Part shown: one piece after another, positions 46,301 through 58,557 of the stretch
How positions within the stretch are numbered: the stretch's first letter is position 1
Layout: every line of letters begins with the position of its first letter
Assembly: GCA_963716255.1 (NCBI GenBank)
Contig: OY970303.1
Location: forward strand, 1,600,001 to 1,664,000
DNA from: an uncultured Gemmatimonadales bacterium
Lineage (GTDB): Bacteria; Gemmatimonadota; Gemmatimonadetes; Longimicrobiales; Longimicrobiaceae
Direction of reading: 5' to 3'
Length of the DNA stretch: 64,000 nucleotides
Position numbers and translations under genes: made by a program
The notes under the pieces: model-generated
What the model was told of the DNA's origin: nothing
What the model saw: the letters and a program-made list of their open reading frames with translations, nothing else
The model's database searches: none

Positions 46301-46839
46301 GCGCCCTCGGCCGGCTCAACGCCCTCCCCGCGGCCGACGCCGAGCGCGAGCTGCTCGCCTGCTGCGGCTCGCGCGAGTGGGCGCGGCGCGTGGCGGCGGC
46401 GCGCCCCTTCCCCGACGCCGCCGCGCTGCTGGACCGCGCCGACGCCGTCTGGCGCGGGCTGGGCGAGACCGACTGGCGCGAGGCCTTCCGCGGCCACCCC
46501 CGCATCGGCGAGCGCGAAGCGGAGGCCGGGCAGTCCGGGCGGGAGCGCGCCTGGTCCGCGGGCGAGCAGGCCGGGATGCGCACCGCCGCGGAGGCCACGC
46601 AGCGGGCCCTGGCCCAGGGGAACCGGGCGTACGAGGCGCGCTTCGGCTTCATCTACATCGTGTGCGCCACCGGCAGGAGCGCGGACGAGATGCTCGCCCT
46701 TCTGACGGAGCGTCTGGCGAACGACGCCGCGGACGAGATCCGCGTGGCCGCCGAGGAGCAGCGCCGCATTACCCGCCTGCGCCTGGAGAAGCTGCTCGCC
46801 GCCCCCGATGCGCCCGCTCCCGCTACGGGATCCGCGTAG
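46297..46839 (+). CDS. uraD: OHCU decarboxylase
   Basis: CCGS..WA, AF.GHPRIGE, S.GEQAG, N.AYEARFGFIYIVCATG. Confidence 0.93.
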   Translation: MSALGRLNALPAADAERELLACCGSREWARRVAAARPFPDAAALLDRADAVWRGLGETDWREAFRGHPRIGEREAEAGQSGRERAWSAGEQAGMRTAAEATQRALAQGNRAYEARFGFIYIVCATGRSADEMLALLTERLANDAADEIRVAAEEQRRITRLRLEKLLAAPDAPAPATGSA

Positions 46840-46862
46840 CGTCGTCAAAGCGCCGAACGCGA

Positions 46863-47091
46863 GGATGCCGTGCGGTTCTCCCCCTTTCCCCCGCTTGCGG
46901 GGGAGAGGGGGCCGGGGGGTGAGGGGGTCCACCCTTGCGGACGCCAGCGCGATGCCCGCGTGAGGGATGCGAGCGCGAAGCGGCGAGACCCGGGGGCGGT
47001 TTCCCGGGGCTCGCCTCCGTTACGCACAGTTTTATCGTGCGTTACGGAGCCGCAGCCCGACCCCGGCGCAGCCGGGGGCACGCCCGAATCC
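46863..47091 (-). repeat. Structured intergenic repeat, copy 4 (core 46958-47085) with a REP-like hairpin
   Basis: Reverse-complement core between uraD and uraH. Confidence 0.9.
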
Positions 47092-47135
47092 TTCCGTTCA
47101 CCCCGATTCAACCGGACCCGGATGAGACCCCACCG

Positions 47136-47480
47136 ATGAGCGAGATCACGACGCACGTGCTGGACACCGCCCGGGGCCGCCCGGCGCAGGGGATCCGGGT
47201 GGCGCTGGAGCGGGTGGAGGAGGGATCGGCCTCCGTCCTGGCCCGCGGGCTCACGGACGCGGACGGCCGCCTCCGCGACCTTCTCCCCGACGACGGGCCG
47301 CCGCTGGAGCCCGGCACCTTCCGGCTGGTCTTCGACACGGGGCGCTACTTCGCCGGGCAGGGGGTGCAGACCTTCTACCCGGAGGTGGCGGTGGTCTTCC
47401 AGGTGCGCGACGCGGGGCAGCACCACCACGTCCCGCTGCTGCTGAGCCCCTTCGGCTACACCACCTACCGGGGGAGCTGA
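47136..47480 (+). CDS. uraH: 5-hydroxyisourate hydrolase
   Basis: ITTHVLDTARGRPA, FYPEV, HVPLLLSPFGYTTYRGS. Confidence 0.96.
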   Translation: MSEITTHVLDTARGRPAQGIRVALERVEEGSASVLARGLTDADGRLRDLLPDDGPPLEPGTFRLVFDTGRYFAGQGVQTFYPEVAVVFQVRDAGQHHHVPLLLSPFGYTTYRGS

Positions 47481-48683
47481 ATGGTCGCCGTCCTGGGCGA
47501 GCTGCTGGACGTGGTGCTCCGCTGGATGCACGTGGTCGCGGGGATCATGTGGATCGGCAACTCCATGCTGTGGAACTGGCTCGACCGCAACCTGCTGCCG
47601 CCGAAACCGGGGTCCGGCGGGGAGGGGATCCAGGGCGAGATCTGGCTGCTGCACAGCGGCGGCTTCTACCTGATGCGAAAGGACCTGTCCGGCTGGGACC
47701 GCGACCGGCCGCTGCACTGGTTCAAGTGGCAGGCCTACACCACCTGGCTCACCGGCGCGGCGCTGCTGGTGGTGGTCTACTACGCCAGCGGCGGCGCGCT
47801 CCTGGTGGACCCCGCCGTCGCGGCGCTCTCGCCCGGCGCGGCGGTCGCCGTGGGCGCGGGGAGCATCGTGGCGGCGTGGCTGGCGTACGACTTCGTCCTG
47901 GGGAGGGCGATCTCGCGCATGGGGAGGATGGGGGCGGTGGCGGGGCTCGCGCTGGTGCTCGCCGCGGCGTACGCGCTCACGCACCTGCTGAGCGGGCGCG
48001 CCGCGTTCCTGCACGTGGGGGCGATGCTGGGGACGCTGATGGCGGGCAACGTGTTCCGGGTCATCATGCCGTCGCAGCGCGTGCTGGTGGCCGCCGCGGA
48101 GCGCGGCGAGCGCCCCGACCCGGCGCCCGCGAAGCGCGCCAAGGAGCGCTCCATCCACAACAACTACATGACCTTCCCGGTCATCGTGCTGATGCTGAGC
48201 AGCCACTTCCCCGCCCTGTACGCGGGGCGGCTGGCGTGGCTGGTGCTGGGGGTGCTGGTGCTCGCCGGCGCCGCAGTGCGCCACGTCCTCAACGTCCGCT
48301 TCGGCTGGCCGCGCTGGAAGCCCGCGCTGGCCGCGATCGTCGCCGCCTCGCTCGGCGCGCTCGCCCTGCTGACGGCGCGCCCCGCCCGCTCCACTCCCCC
48401 CGCCGCCACGCACGGCGAGCGCGTCACCTTCGCCCAGGCGGATGCCGTCATCCAGAAGCGCTGCGCCGTCTGCCACTCGGCGGACGCGGCGGACCGCACC
48501 TTCGGCCCCGCGCCCGCCGGCGTGGCCTTCGACACCCCGGAGCAGGTCCGCGCCCGCGCCGACCGCATCCGCGTCCGCGCCGTGGAGACCGCCACCATGC
48601 CGCCCGCCAACAAGACCTTCGTCACGCCGGAGGAGCGGGCGCTGCTGGGACGCTGGATCGACCAGGGCGCGCGTCTTGAATAG
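47481..48683 (+). CDS. puuD: Membrane urate hydroxylase with a C-terminal cytochrome c
   Basis: RWMHVVAGIMWIG, W.LHSGGFY, LHWFKWQAYTTWLTG, RSIHNNYMTFPV, CAVCH heme motif. Confidence 0.92.
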   Translation: MVAVLGELLDVVLRWMHVVAGIMWIGNSMLWNWLDRNLLPPKPGSGGEGIQGEIWLLHSGGFYLMRKDLSGWDRDRPLHWFKWQAYTTWLTGAALLVVVYYASGGALLVDPAVAALSPGAAVAVGAGSIVAAWLAYDFVLGRAISRMGRMGAVAGLALVLAAAYALTHLLSGRAAFLHVGAMLGTLMAGNVFRVIMPSQRVLVAAAERGERPDPAPAKRAKERSIHNNYMTFPVIVLMLSSHFPALYAGRLAWLVLGVLVLAGAAVRHVLNVRFGWPRWKPALAAIVAASLGALALLTARPARSTPPAATHGERVTFAQADAVIQKRCAVCHSADAADRTFGPAPAGVAFDTPEQVRARADRIRVRAVETATMPPANKTFVTPEERALLGRWIDQGARLE

Positions 48684-48734
48684 GGGAGCGGACGGGCAGA
48701 ACGAACCGGCAACCGACACCACGGAGGACCCGGG

Positions 48735-48917
48735 ATGGAGCCGCACGAGAACAAGCGCCTGGACCTGAGCAAGGCGATCAGCGCCCACGAACAGGCGGAG
48801 GCCACGCTGGTGGACCTGATCCAGGCCGCGCCGGACCCGCGCTACGAGAGGATGATGGAGCGCGTCCGCCAGAACCTGGCCGAGCTGCGCACGGACACGG
48901 TGGCCCCGCCTCCCTGA
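48735..48917 (+). CDS. Small hypothetical helical protein
   Basis: GGAGG RBS, 60 aa, plausible codon usage. Confidence 0.5.
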   Translation: MEPHENKRLDLSKAISAHEQAEATLVDLIQAAPDPRYERMMERVRQNLAELRTDTVAPPP

Positions 48918-49004
48918 ACGTTCACCTTGCGCCGACGCCGCCGGGCGCGCAGATTGCATCTGTGCGCGTGACGCAGTTTACCCACATCCGCAATCCCGGG
49001 GGTC

Positions 49005-49709
49005 GTGATGACGGACGCCAGCAGGCCGGAAGGGGCCGCGGACGAGGAGGCAGCCGGCGTCTACGCGCGCCGCACCGGAAGGGGGACCGGCACCGGCAGG
49101 GTCAGGGAAACGGTCGCGGCGTACCTGCCGGGGGCGGTCTCGGCCGGGGTCCGTGCCTCGCTGGTCAGCCGGGTGGAGCGCTGGCTGCGGGGCTCGCTGG
49201 AGCGTATGAGCGACGACGAGGTGCTCCGTGCGGTGGAGGCCCAGTCCCCCGCCGAAACCATCGCGGAGATCCTGGTCGCCACGCCCGAGACCCGGGCGTC
49301 GGCGGACAACGACTGGGCGGAGCTGCTGCTGCGCGGCGCCGAGGCAAAGGGCCGCATCGCCGAGCTGGTGGGCGGGCTGATGTCGTCGTCCGAGGCGGCG
49401 GCGGTCCTCCGCATCAGCGTCCCCGGCGTCAAGCAGCGCATGGAGCGGCACAGGGTGCTCGCGGTGCCGCTCCCGGGCGGGCAGTGGGGTTTCCCCGCCC
49501 TCCAGTTCGCCCCCGGGGGCCACGTCCGCGCCGGGGTGCCGGAGGTGGCGAAGGCCGCCGCGAAGGTGGATCCGTGGGCGCTGCTCTCCATCCTGGTGGA
49601 CGACGCGCCGGACGGGTCGGGGGTGCTGCTGGAGCGGCTGGACGACCCCGCGGTCCTGCGCGGCGTCCTCGGCCGCCTCGCGTCCTACGGGGAGCACGCC
49701 GCGGCCTGA
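49005..49709 (+). CDS. Putative antitoxin (HTH-containing) partner of the RES toxin
   Basis: GLMSSSEAAAVLRIS...VKQR HTH and FPALQF motif. Stop overlaps the RES start (TGATG). Confidence 0.7.
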   Translation: MMTDASRPEGAADEEAAGVYARRTGRGTGTGRVRETVAAYLPGAVSAGVRASLVSRVERWLRGSLERMSDDEVLRAVEAQSPAETIAEILVATPETRASADNDWAELLLRGAEAKGRIAELVGGLMSSSEAAAVLRISVPGVKQRMERHRVLAVPLPGGQWGFPALQFAPGGHVRAGVPEVAKAAAKVDPWALLSILVDDAPDGSGVLLERLDDPAVLRGVLGRLASYGEHAAA

Positions 49710-50290
49710 TGCCGATCCCCCTCCCCGACGATCCCCCGCTGGCCGAGGTCCCGCTCGGCCAGGCGCTCTGGCGCGTGCATCCCCTGGAGCTGGGGCCGCT
49801 GTGGTTCGGGCCGGGGGGCGGCCGCCCGCCGCGCGGGCGCTTCGACGCGCCGGGCGGAGAGTACGGCACCTGCTACTTCGCCGCGACGCTGGGCGTGGCC
49901 GTCCTGGAAACGCTGGTGCGGGGGCTGAAGGTGCCGGTGATCCCCCGCGCGGAGCTGGCGGCGCGCGGGGGATCGGCGGTCGCGCCGGCGATTCCGCTGC
50001 GGATGCTCCGCCTGGAGGGAAAGGGGCTGGCCAGCTTCGGGGTGGGCGCGCACGAGGTGGCCGGCGACGACTACGACGCGTGCCGCGACCTGGCACGGCG
50101 CGTCCACCATGCCATGCCGGAGGTGGACGGGATCCAGTACCGCTCGCGGTGGGACACCAGCGAGCTCTGCTGGGCGGTGTTCGACCGCGCGCGGGGACGC
50201 CTGGGCGCGACCCTGGGGACGCAGCGCCTGGACGACGCGGCGGTCGTCCGCCCGGCTCTCCTGCCGTACCGCCACGTTTCCGTCACGTAG
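49709..50290 (+). CDS. RES-domain toxin (NAD+ phosphorylase family)
   Basis: LWRVH, GRFDAPGGEYGTCYFA, AVLET, DGIQYRSR, WAVFDR. Confidence 0.88.
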   Translation: MPIPLPDDPPLAEVPLGQALWRVHPLELGPLWFGPGGGRPPRGRFDAPGGEYGTCYFAATLGVAVLETLVRGLKVPVIPRAELAARGGSAVAPAIPLRMLRLEGKGLASFGVGAHEVAGDDYDACRDLARRVHHAMPEVDGIQYRSRWDTSELCWAVFDRARGRLGATLGTQRLDDAAVVRPALLPYRHVSVT

Positions 50291-50292
50291 CG

Positions 50293-50898
50293 ATGCTCCC
50301 CGTGGACGTCGCGGAGGAGCCGGCCCCCTCCCTCGCGGACTACGCGAGCATCCCCATCGCCTTCCAGGTGCGGTCCGTCCTGGACGTCGCGGACGCCGCC
50401 GACGGTCCCGGCGGATGGGTGCTGACCGAGCGAGCGCTGGACACGCCCTACCTCAAGGACTACGACGCCCTCCCCGGCGAGCACCCCACCGGGTGGCCGG
50501 GCCGGTTCGACGTGTCGGGCTGGGGGTGGCTCGCGGCGCGGGTGGAGGGCCGGCGGGCGGGCGGGGCCGCGGTGGCCTTCCGCACGCCGGGGCTGCCGAT
50601 GCTGGAGGGCCGCGGCGACCTGGCCGCGCTGTGGGACATCCGGGTCGCGCCGGAGGCACGCGGCCGGGGGGTGGGAGGGGCGCTCTTCCGCGCGGCGGAG
50701 GCGTGGGCCCGGGCGAGGGGGTGCCGGCAGCTCCGGGTGGAGACGCAGAACGTCAACGTGCCGGCTTGCAGATTCTACGCGCGGCAGGGGTGCGTGCTGG
50801 CGTCGGTGGATCGCTCCGCCTATCCGGGGCTCCCGGACGAGATGCAGCTCGTCTGGCACAAGGCTCTCGCCGCGACTCCAGAAGAGCGCGAGCCGTGA
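50293..50898 (+). CDS. GNAT-family N-acetyltransferase
   Basis: LWDIRVAPEARGRGVG, VETQNVNVPACRFY. Confidence 0.88.
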   Translation: MLPVDVAEEPAPSLADYASIPIAFQVRSVLDVADAADGPGGWVLTERALDTPYLKDYDALPGEHPTGWPGRFDVSGWGWLAARVEGRRAGGAAVAFRTPGLPMLEGRGDLAALWDIRVAPEARGRGVGGALFRAAEAWARARGCRQLRVETQNVNVPACRFYARQGCVLASVDRSAYPGLPDEMQLVWHKALAATPEEREP

Positions 50899-50929
50899 CG
50901 ATCGCTCCTGCCGTTCCGGCGACGACCCG

Positions 50930-52309
50930 CTACACCCGTCGCTGCCGCCCCGCCAGGACGCGCGCGAACGAGCGCCCCCGCAGCTCGTCCGCCGTCAGCC
51001 CCGTCCCCTCCAGCACCTCCGCCTCGTCGAAGGCGCCGCAGCCAACGCCGCGCAGGAAGTAGTTGAGCAGCGCCTGGCCGGCGTGCGGGTCGTCGAAGGC
51101 ATCGCCCGCCTGCGCCGCCTTCGCCAGGAAGCCGCGGAGGCGCCGGGCCGCCGCGTCCCGCCCGGCGAAAAAGAAGGCGAACACGGCGGCGTAGCGCGTG
51201 GGGAGCTGCGCCGGGTGCAGGTCCCACCCCTGGTAGAAGCCGTGGACCAGCGAGTGCCGCACGTCGTCGAAGTGCATGCGCCAGGCGCGGTGCACGGCGG
51301 CGCGGTTCTCCCGCTCCTCCGCCTCGGTGGGTGAAGCGCCCTCGTGCACCGGGACGGGGAGGGTCGCCGTGGACCCGTCCGACAGCCAGATCCCCGTCCC
51401 CGCGAGCGCCACCTGCATGGCGTGCCGCGCGAAGTCGCACGCCGGGTGGCGCATTCCCTGGAGCGCCGCCGTGATCCCCACCCCCGACGTGTAGTCGTAG
51501 GTGCCGAAGTGCGCCGCCACCAGCCGCCCCCGCGCCGCGTCCACGAAGCCGGGGAGCGGCGTCCGCCCGTCCGCCCCGATCACCGCCTGCGGCACCTCCA
51601 CCATCAGCTCGAAGCGCAGCGTCCCCGCCGCCAGGGCGAGCCGCGCCTCCAGCATCTCCAGCACGTCCGCGAAGTACGCCGCCTGCTCCGGCACGGTGAC
51701 CTTGGGCACCGTCAGCAGGAGCCCCGGCGGCAGCCGCCCGCCCGCGGCGTCCAGCAGCCGGCCGAGGAACAGGTCCAGCGTGCGGACGCTGCGGCGGCGC
51801 GTCTCCTCGCCGAGCGCCTTGAGCCGCAGCCCCACGTACGCCGGCAGCGTCCCCGCTTCCATCCCCCGCGCCATCTCGTCCGCCACGGCGAGCGCCGCCG
51901 CGTCCTCCTCGGCGTCCGGCCGAGTGCCGTAGCCGTCCTCGAAGTCCACGCGGAAGTCCTCCACCGGCTCCCGCTCCAGCCGGTCCACCACACGCGCGTA
52001 CAGCGCCTCGGCCGCGCCGTCCGCCGGGATCCCCAGCGCGCCGGCGAACCCGGCCGCCGTGGGCGCGTACCGCCGCAGCGCCCCGAGCGCTTCCCTGCCG
52101 TGCTCGGCCGCGGCGTCGTGCCGGAAGTGCTGGGCGCCCGCGTACACCGTGTGCACCGGCTGCCGCAGCGCCGACTCGCCCGGGTAGCGCGCCGCGAACG
52201 CCAGGTTCGCCGGCCGCAGCCGCGCCGCGGCCTCTTCCAGCGCGGCGTCGTCAAGCGACCGCACCGCGTCCATCCCCGCGCTCCCGCGATCCCCGGGCGG
52301 CATCGTCAT
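50930..52309 (-). CDS. HpcH/HpaI-CitE-like lyase (DUF6986-like)
   Basis: RQPVHTVY, PVEDFRVDFEDGYG, HFGTYDY, LSDGST, GFYQGWDLHPAQL. Start could be 52309 (ATGA overlap) or 52273. Confidence 0.75.
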   Translation of the reverse strand: MTMPPGDRGSAGMDAVRSLDDAALEEAAARLRPANLAFAARYPGESALRQPVHTVYAGAQHFRHDAAAEHGREALGALRRYAPTAAGFAGALGIPADGAAEALYARVVDRLEREPVEDFRVDFEDGYGTRPDAEEDAAALAVADEMARGMEAGTLPAYVGLRLKALGEETRRRSVRTLDLFLGRLLDAAGGRLPPGLLLTVPKVTVPEQAAYFADVLEMLEARLALAAGTLRFELMVEVPQAVIGADGRTPLPGFVDAARGRLVAAHFGTYDYTSGVGITAALQGMRHPACDFARHAMQVALAGTGIWLSDGSTATLPVPVHEGASPTEAEERENRAAVHRAWRMHFDDVRHSLVHGFYQGWDLHPAQLPTRYAAVFAFFFAGRDAAARRLRGFLAKAAQAGDAFDDPHAGQALLNYFLRGVGCGAFDEAEVLEGTGLTADELRGRSFARVLAGRQRRV

Positions 52310-52875
52310 CCGTTGTAGATGATCCCCTTCTTCGCGCGGTACATCTCCAGCACCGCGTTGGCCTCGTCGCGCAGCACGCCGTGGACGATGCGGATGCCTC
52401 GCGCCTCCAGGTACTCGTGCGACTCGGGGAAGACGGGGCCCTCCTCGAAGTTGAGCCGCCGCGCGTCGTCGCGGTGCGCCCCGCACACCACCCGCCGCAC
52501 CCCGCTCCACAGCGTCGCCCCAAGGCACATGGCGCACGGCTCGCACGACGTCACCAGCTCGTACGCCGGCCCGTCCGGCGAGCGCAGCGAAAAGCTCCCC
52601 AGCCGCGCCTGCGCCATCATGATGGCCACCATCTCGCCGTGCAGCGTGCAGTTGTTGAGGCGCACCACGCTGTTCATCCCCACCGCCAGGGGGACGCCGC
52701 TCTCCGCCTGGAACACCACCGCGCCGAAGGGCCCGCCCGTGCCGCGCGCCACGTTCTCGCGCGACAGGTCGATGGCCAGCCGCATCCGGTCCTCGTCGGA
52801 GGCGTAGCCGCGGTCCCACTCGACCAGGGGCTCCACCCAGTCGGGGTAGTCGATGTGGAGGGGCGGGAAGCGCAT
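52306..52875 (-). CDS. Zn-dependent nucleoside/guanine deaminase
   Basis: GGPFGAVV, HGEMVA, TSCEPCAMC; located in the purine cluster. Confidence 0.85.
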   Translation of the reverse strand: MRFPPLHIDYPDWVEPLVEWDRGYASDEDRMRLAIDLSRENVARGTGGPFGAVVFQAESGVPLAVGMNSVVRLNNCTLHGEMVAIMMAQARLGSFSLRSPDGPAYELVTSCEPCAMCLGATLWSGVRRVVCGAHRDDARRLNFEEGPVFPESHEYLEARGIRIVHGVLRDEANAVLEMYRAKKGIIYNG

Positions 52876-53049
52876 GGCGGGGGCTCCGGGGCGGGTCGGG
52901 GACGGGGATCGGCCGGGCGACCGTACCATAGCCGCCCGGCCCGCGCGCGACAAGCGGCGCCGCCGCCGATTGCGCTCCACCGAAAAACGCTTATTCCTTC
53001 TGAAGCCCCCGAGGCGCCTCCCCTCCCCCACCCCATTACCCGGGCCCGC

Positions 53050-55570
<2,521 letters not shown>

Positions 55571-55574
<4 letters not shown>

Positions 55575-56398
55575 GGACCGCGACCACCACGCTGGACCTG
55601 CGCGAGCCGCGGACGCTGGACGAAGCCCTCGCGATCCTCCGCGACGACGGCCCGCGCGTGCCGCTGGCCGGGTGCACGGACGTGTTCGTGACGCTGCACT
55701 TCGGCACGCAGCCGGCGCGGCGCTTCCTCAACCTGTGGCCGCTGGACGAGCTGCGCGGCATCTCCACCCCGGGGGACGGCGGCACCCTCCGCATGGGGGC
55801 GCTGACGACGTACACGGAGCTGGTCCGCTCGGAGGCGGTGAACGCGTGGCTCCCGGCGCTCGTGGCGGCCTCGCGCGAGGTGGGCGGCGCGCAGATCCAG
55901 AACCGCGGCACGCTGGCCGGCAACATCGCCAACGGCTCCCCCGCGGCGGACACGCTCCCGGTGCTGGCGGTGGCGGAGGCGGTGGTGGTGCTGCGCAGCG
56001 CGGACGCGGAGCGGCGGGTGCCGGTGGGGGAGCTGTACACCGGCTACAGGGCCACGGTGATCCGGCCGGACGAGCTGATCGTGGCGGTGGAGGTGCCGCG
56101 GGTGCCGGGGACGCAGTGGTTCCGCAAGGTGGGGACGCGGGCGGCGCAGGCCATCAGCAAGGTGGTGATGGCGGGGGTGCGGGGCCCGGAGCCGCGGGTG
56201 GCGTTCGGGAGCGTGGCGGCCACGGTCGTGCGAGTGCCGGAGACGGAGCGGTGCCTGGCTGCGGGCGGGTCCATGGAGGAGGCGCAGCGGGTGCTGGCGG
56301 GCGAGATCCGGCCCATCGACGATGTGCGCTCCACGGCGGCGTACCGGCTGCGGGTGGCGGGGAACCTGCTGCGCCAGTGGTGGGAGGAGACGGGCTGA
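55571..56398 (+). CDS. Xanthine dehydrogenase family FAD-binding subunit
   Basis: LAGCTD, QIQNRGTLAGNIANGSPAAD, PIDDVRSTAAYR. Confidence 0.93.
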
Positions 56399-56433
56399 GG
56401 CTGGCCCGGTCTCGGGATGATCGCGGATGCAAC

Positions 56434-56470
56434 GAGGCCCCGCGGCGTGAGCTGCGGGGCCTCTGCTTTC
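56434..56470 (+). terminator. Likely intrinsic terminator of the xanthine dehydrogenase operon
   Basis: GAGGCCCCGCGGC-GTGA-GCTGCGGGGCCTC hairpin (GNRA loop) followed by TGCTTTC. Confidence 0.55.
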
Positions 56471-56555
56471 CGAAACGACTCGGCCGGCGAAGCGGCGGAG
56501 CCGCCCGCGGGGGCCGCCATCCACTGCCATGAACGACTGATGGAGGTGACAACGG

Positions 56556-58517
56556 ATGTCGAAGCTGTCCAGCGACCCGCTTCTCAAGCAGGCCATGTTC
56601 GAGGTCTACGGGGGCGCCTGCGGGTATACCCGCGAGCCGCTCAACGAGGACGATTTCGTGCTGGACCACGTCGTTCCGGAGCACGTGGGCAGGAGCGAAG
56701 CGAGACGGGAAAGCGTGCTGCCCCGCTACGGCCTGTCTCCCGACTTCGTGATCGACCACGTGCGCAACCTCGTCCCGACCACGCATACGCTGAACCTCGC
56801 AAAACTGGGAAAGACCGACCGGAAGCACGGGGTCCGACGCCGGGACCCGCGTCTGAAGCGGCACACGTGGACGCCGAGCTGGGAAACCGACGCGGAGTCG
56901 ATGATCCGGCTCGGCCTGGACCAGGCGGACCGACACTACGACCGGGTGATCGCCCGGTGGCAGGAACTGAAGCGCGAGCACGGCGCGATCGCGGCCTACG
57001 AGACGCTGCCTTTCACGGCGAGACACCGGCGGCGGCTCGCGGACGAGGCCAGCGGGATCCGCGGCTTCGGCCCCCGACGGACCACGCTCTCGCTCGGACG
57101 CTACACGTCGGTGGAGCCCTGGGTCCGGCTCGACGTTGAACTGCCGCGGTGGCCCGACTGGGGAGGATCGGCTCTCCTCACGCTCACCGGCGCCACCATC
57201 GGCGAGGGGTTGATCTTCCTCGACCACCGTGCCGTCGTGCGGTACATCCTGCGGGGTGCCGGGATCGCGGCCGCGGACCGAGCATTCACCCCGTATTCGA
57301 ACATGGGGCTCGCGCCCGGCGGGAAAGCGGCAGCCCCACCCGAGACCAACGGCTACTGGGTGCACTTCGGGAACGTGAGCCTCGTGATCACGAGCGAGGA
57401 GCTGGGCCAGCTCTGCGCCAACGCCGACAACGCCGCCCCCGTGTACGTGAAGGCGATGCGGAGCCTGGAGCAGGATCGATTCCGCAGCGACGGATTCAGC
57501 CCGGGAAGGAAGGGCTACCGGCTCGCCAGGATGTGCGCGGCTGTCTGGCGCGAGATCCAGGCCTTTGCGCGTGACCAGGATCCGGCGGCGGCCGGGCTCA
57601 CGGCGCCGGGTGGCGTGTTCGAGACCCCCGCGGCGGGGATCGACATCCATGAGCCCGACCAGTACGGGCTCGTGCAGCGGGCGCGCTTCCGGGCCGAGCT
57701 GGACGATGAGCTCGCCGACGCCGTCGACGTCGATCCCTCAGAGGCGTCGGTGTGGGTGTGCTGGCTCCCCGGCGAGCGCAGAAGCTGGGCCGGAGAGCCG
57801 TTCAGCGACGGCCGCGTCTGGGATGCCCCGCGCTCACAGGAGTTTCTGGGGCGGCTGATCGAAGCCGCGCGGCGTCCCGGCCCGGTCTCGAGGGAGAGGG
57901 AAGGCGGAAGGAGCGGCGGCCTGGCCGGGCGCGTCTGGGGACGGCTCGGTGGCCAGGGCCGCACGGCGCCTCCGCGCGAGCCCGAAAGCATTCCGGTGGG
58001 CTTTGCCGGCGTCGAGATGGCCGCGCGGAACACGGTGGTCTCCACCCTGCCCGACCCGGCAGCCTGCACCGACCAGCAGGGAGTCAGCCGGTTTCTCGGG
58101 GCCGTGGAGAGCGGGTATACCCCAGCGATCGCGCCGACGAGCGTCCCGGCGCATCCGTTCACCCATTTGTGTGACTTCGGGATGTGGTGGATCGCAAACG
58201 CCGACATCCCGGAGCCGGCGCTCAACAGCGCCCGCCACGCGCTGGCTGACCGGTTGTCAGGGTCCACGGGGCTCACCGACGCCCTGGCGGCACGCTCCAG
58301 GGCATGGGGCGCTCACGGTGCGACCGCCACCACCCGCGCGGTTCAGAACGCCGTCCATGCCGTGCGGACCCTGTTGGCCGAAGGAAGGCCACGCGTCCGG
58401 GAGCACGCCCTGCTGCTTGCCGCGCGGAAGTACCTGGCGCCGGTGCATGATGCACTCTTGGAGCGTGCCTGGGTTTCCCGGCTCGGGGCGGTCGATTGGG
58501 ACGCCTGGCGCGACTGA
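56556..58517 (+). CDS. HNH endonuclease-domain protein with a long uncharacterised C-terminus
   Basis: GGAGGT RBS; GGACGYT...LDHVVP...NLVPTTHTLNLAK. Weaker GC3 bias than neighbouring genes. Confidence 0.7.
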   Translation: MSKLSSDPLLKQAMFEVYGGACGYTREPLNEDDFVLDHVVPEHVGRSEARRESVLPRYGLSPDFVIDHVRNLVPTTHTLNLAKLGKTDRKHGVRRRDPRLKRHTWTPSWETDAESMIRLGLDQADRHYDRVIARWQELKREHGAIAAYETLPFTARHRRRLADEASGIRGFGPRRTTLSLGRYTSVEPWVRLDVELPRWPDWGGSALLTLTGATIGEGLIFLDHRAVVRYILRGAGIAAADRAFTPYSNMGLAPGGKAAAPPETNGYWVHFGNVSLVITSEELGQLCANADNAAPVYVKAMRSLEQDRFRSDGFSPGRKGYRLARMCAAVWREIQAFARDQDPAAAGLTAPGGVFETPAAGIDIHEPDQYGLVQRARFRAELDDELADAVDVDPSEASVWVCWLPGERRSWAGEPFSDGRVWDAPRSQEFLGRLIEAARRPGPVSREREGGRSGGLAGRVWGRLGGQGRTAPPREPESIPVGFAGVEMAARNTVVSTLPDPAACTDQQGVSRFLGAVESGYTPAIAPTSVPAHPFTHLCDFGMWWIANADIPEPALNSARHALADRLSGSTGLTDALAARSRAWGAHGATATTRAVQNAVHAVRTLLAEGRPRVREHALLLAARKYLAPVHDALLERAWVSRLGAVDWDAWRD

Positions 58518-58557
58518 CGCGGCGGGGGCGCGGCGACGTGGAGTCCTCGAAGAGCCG

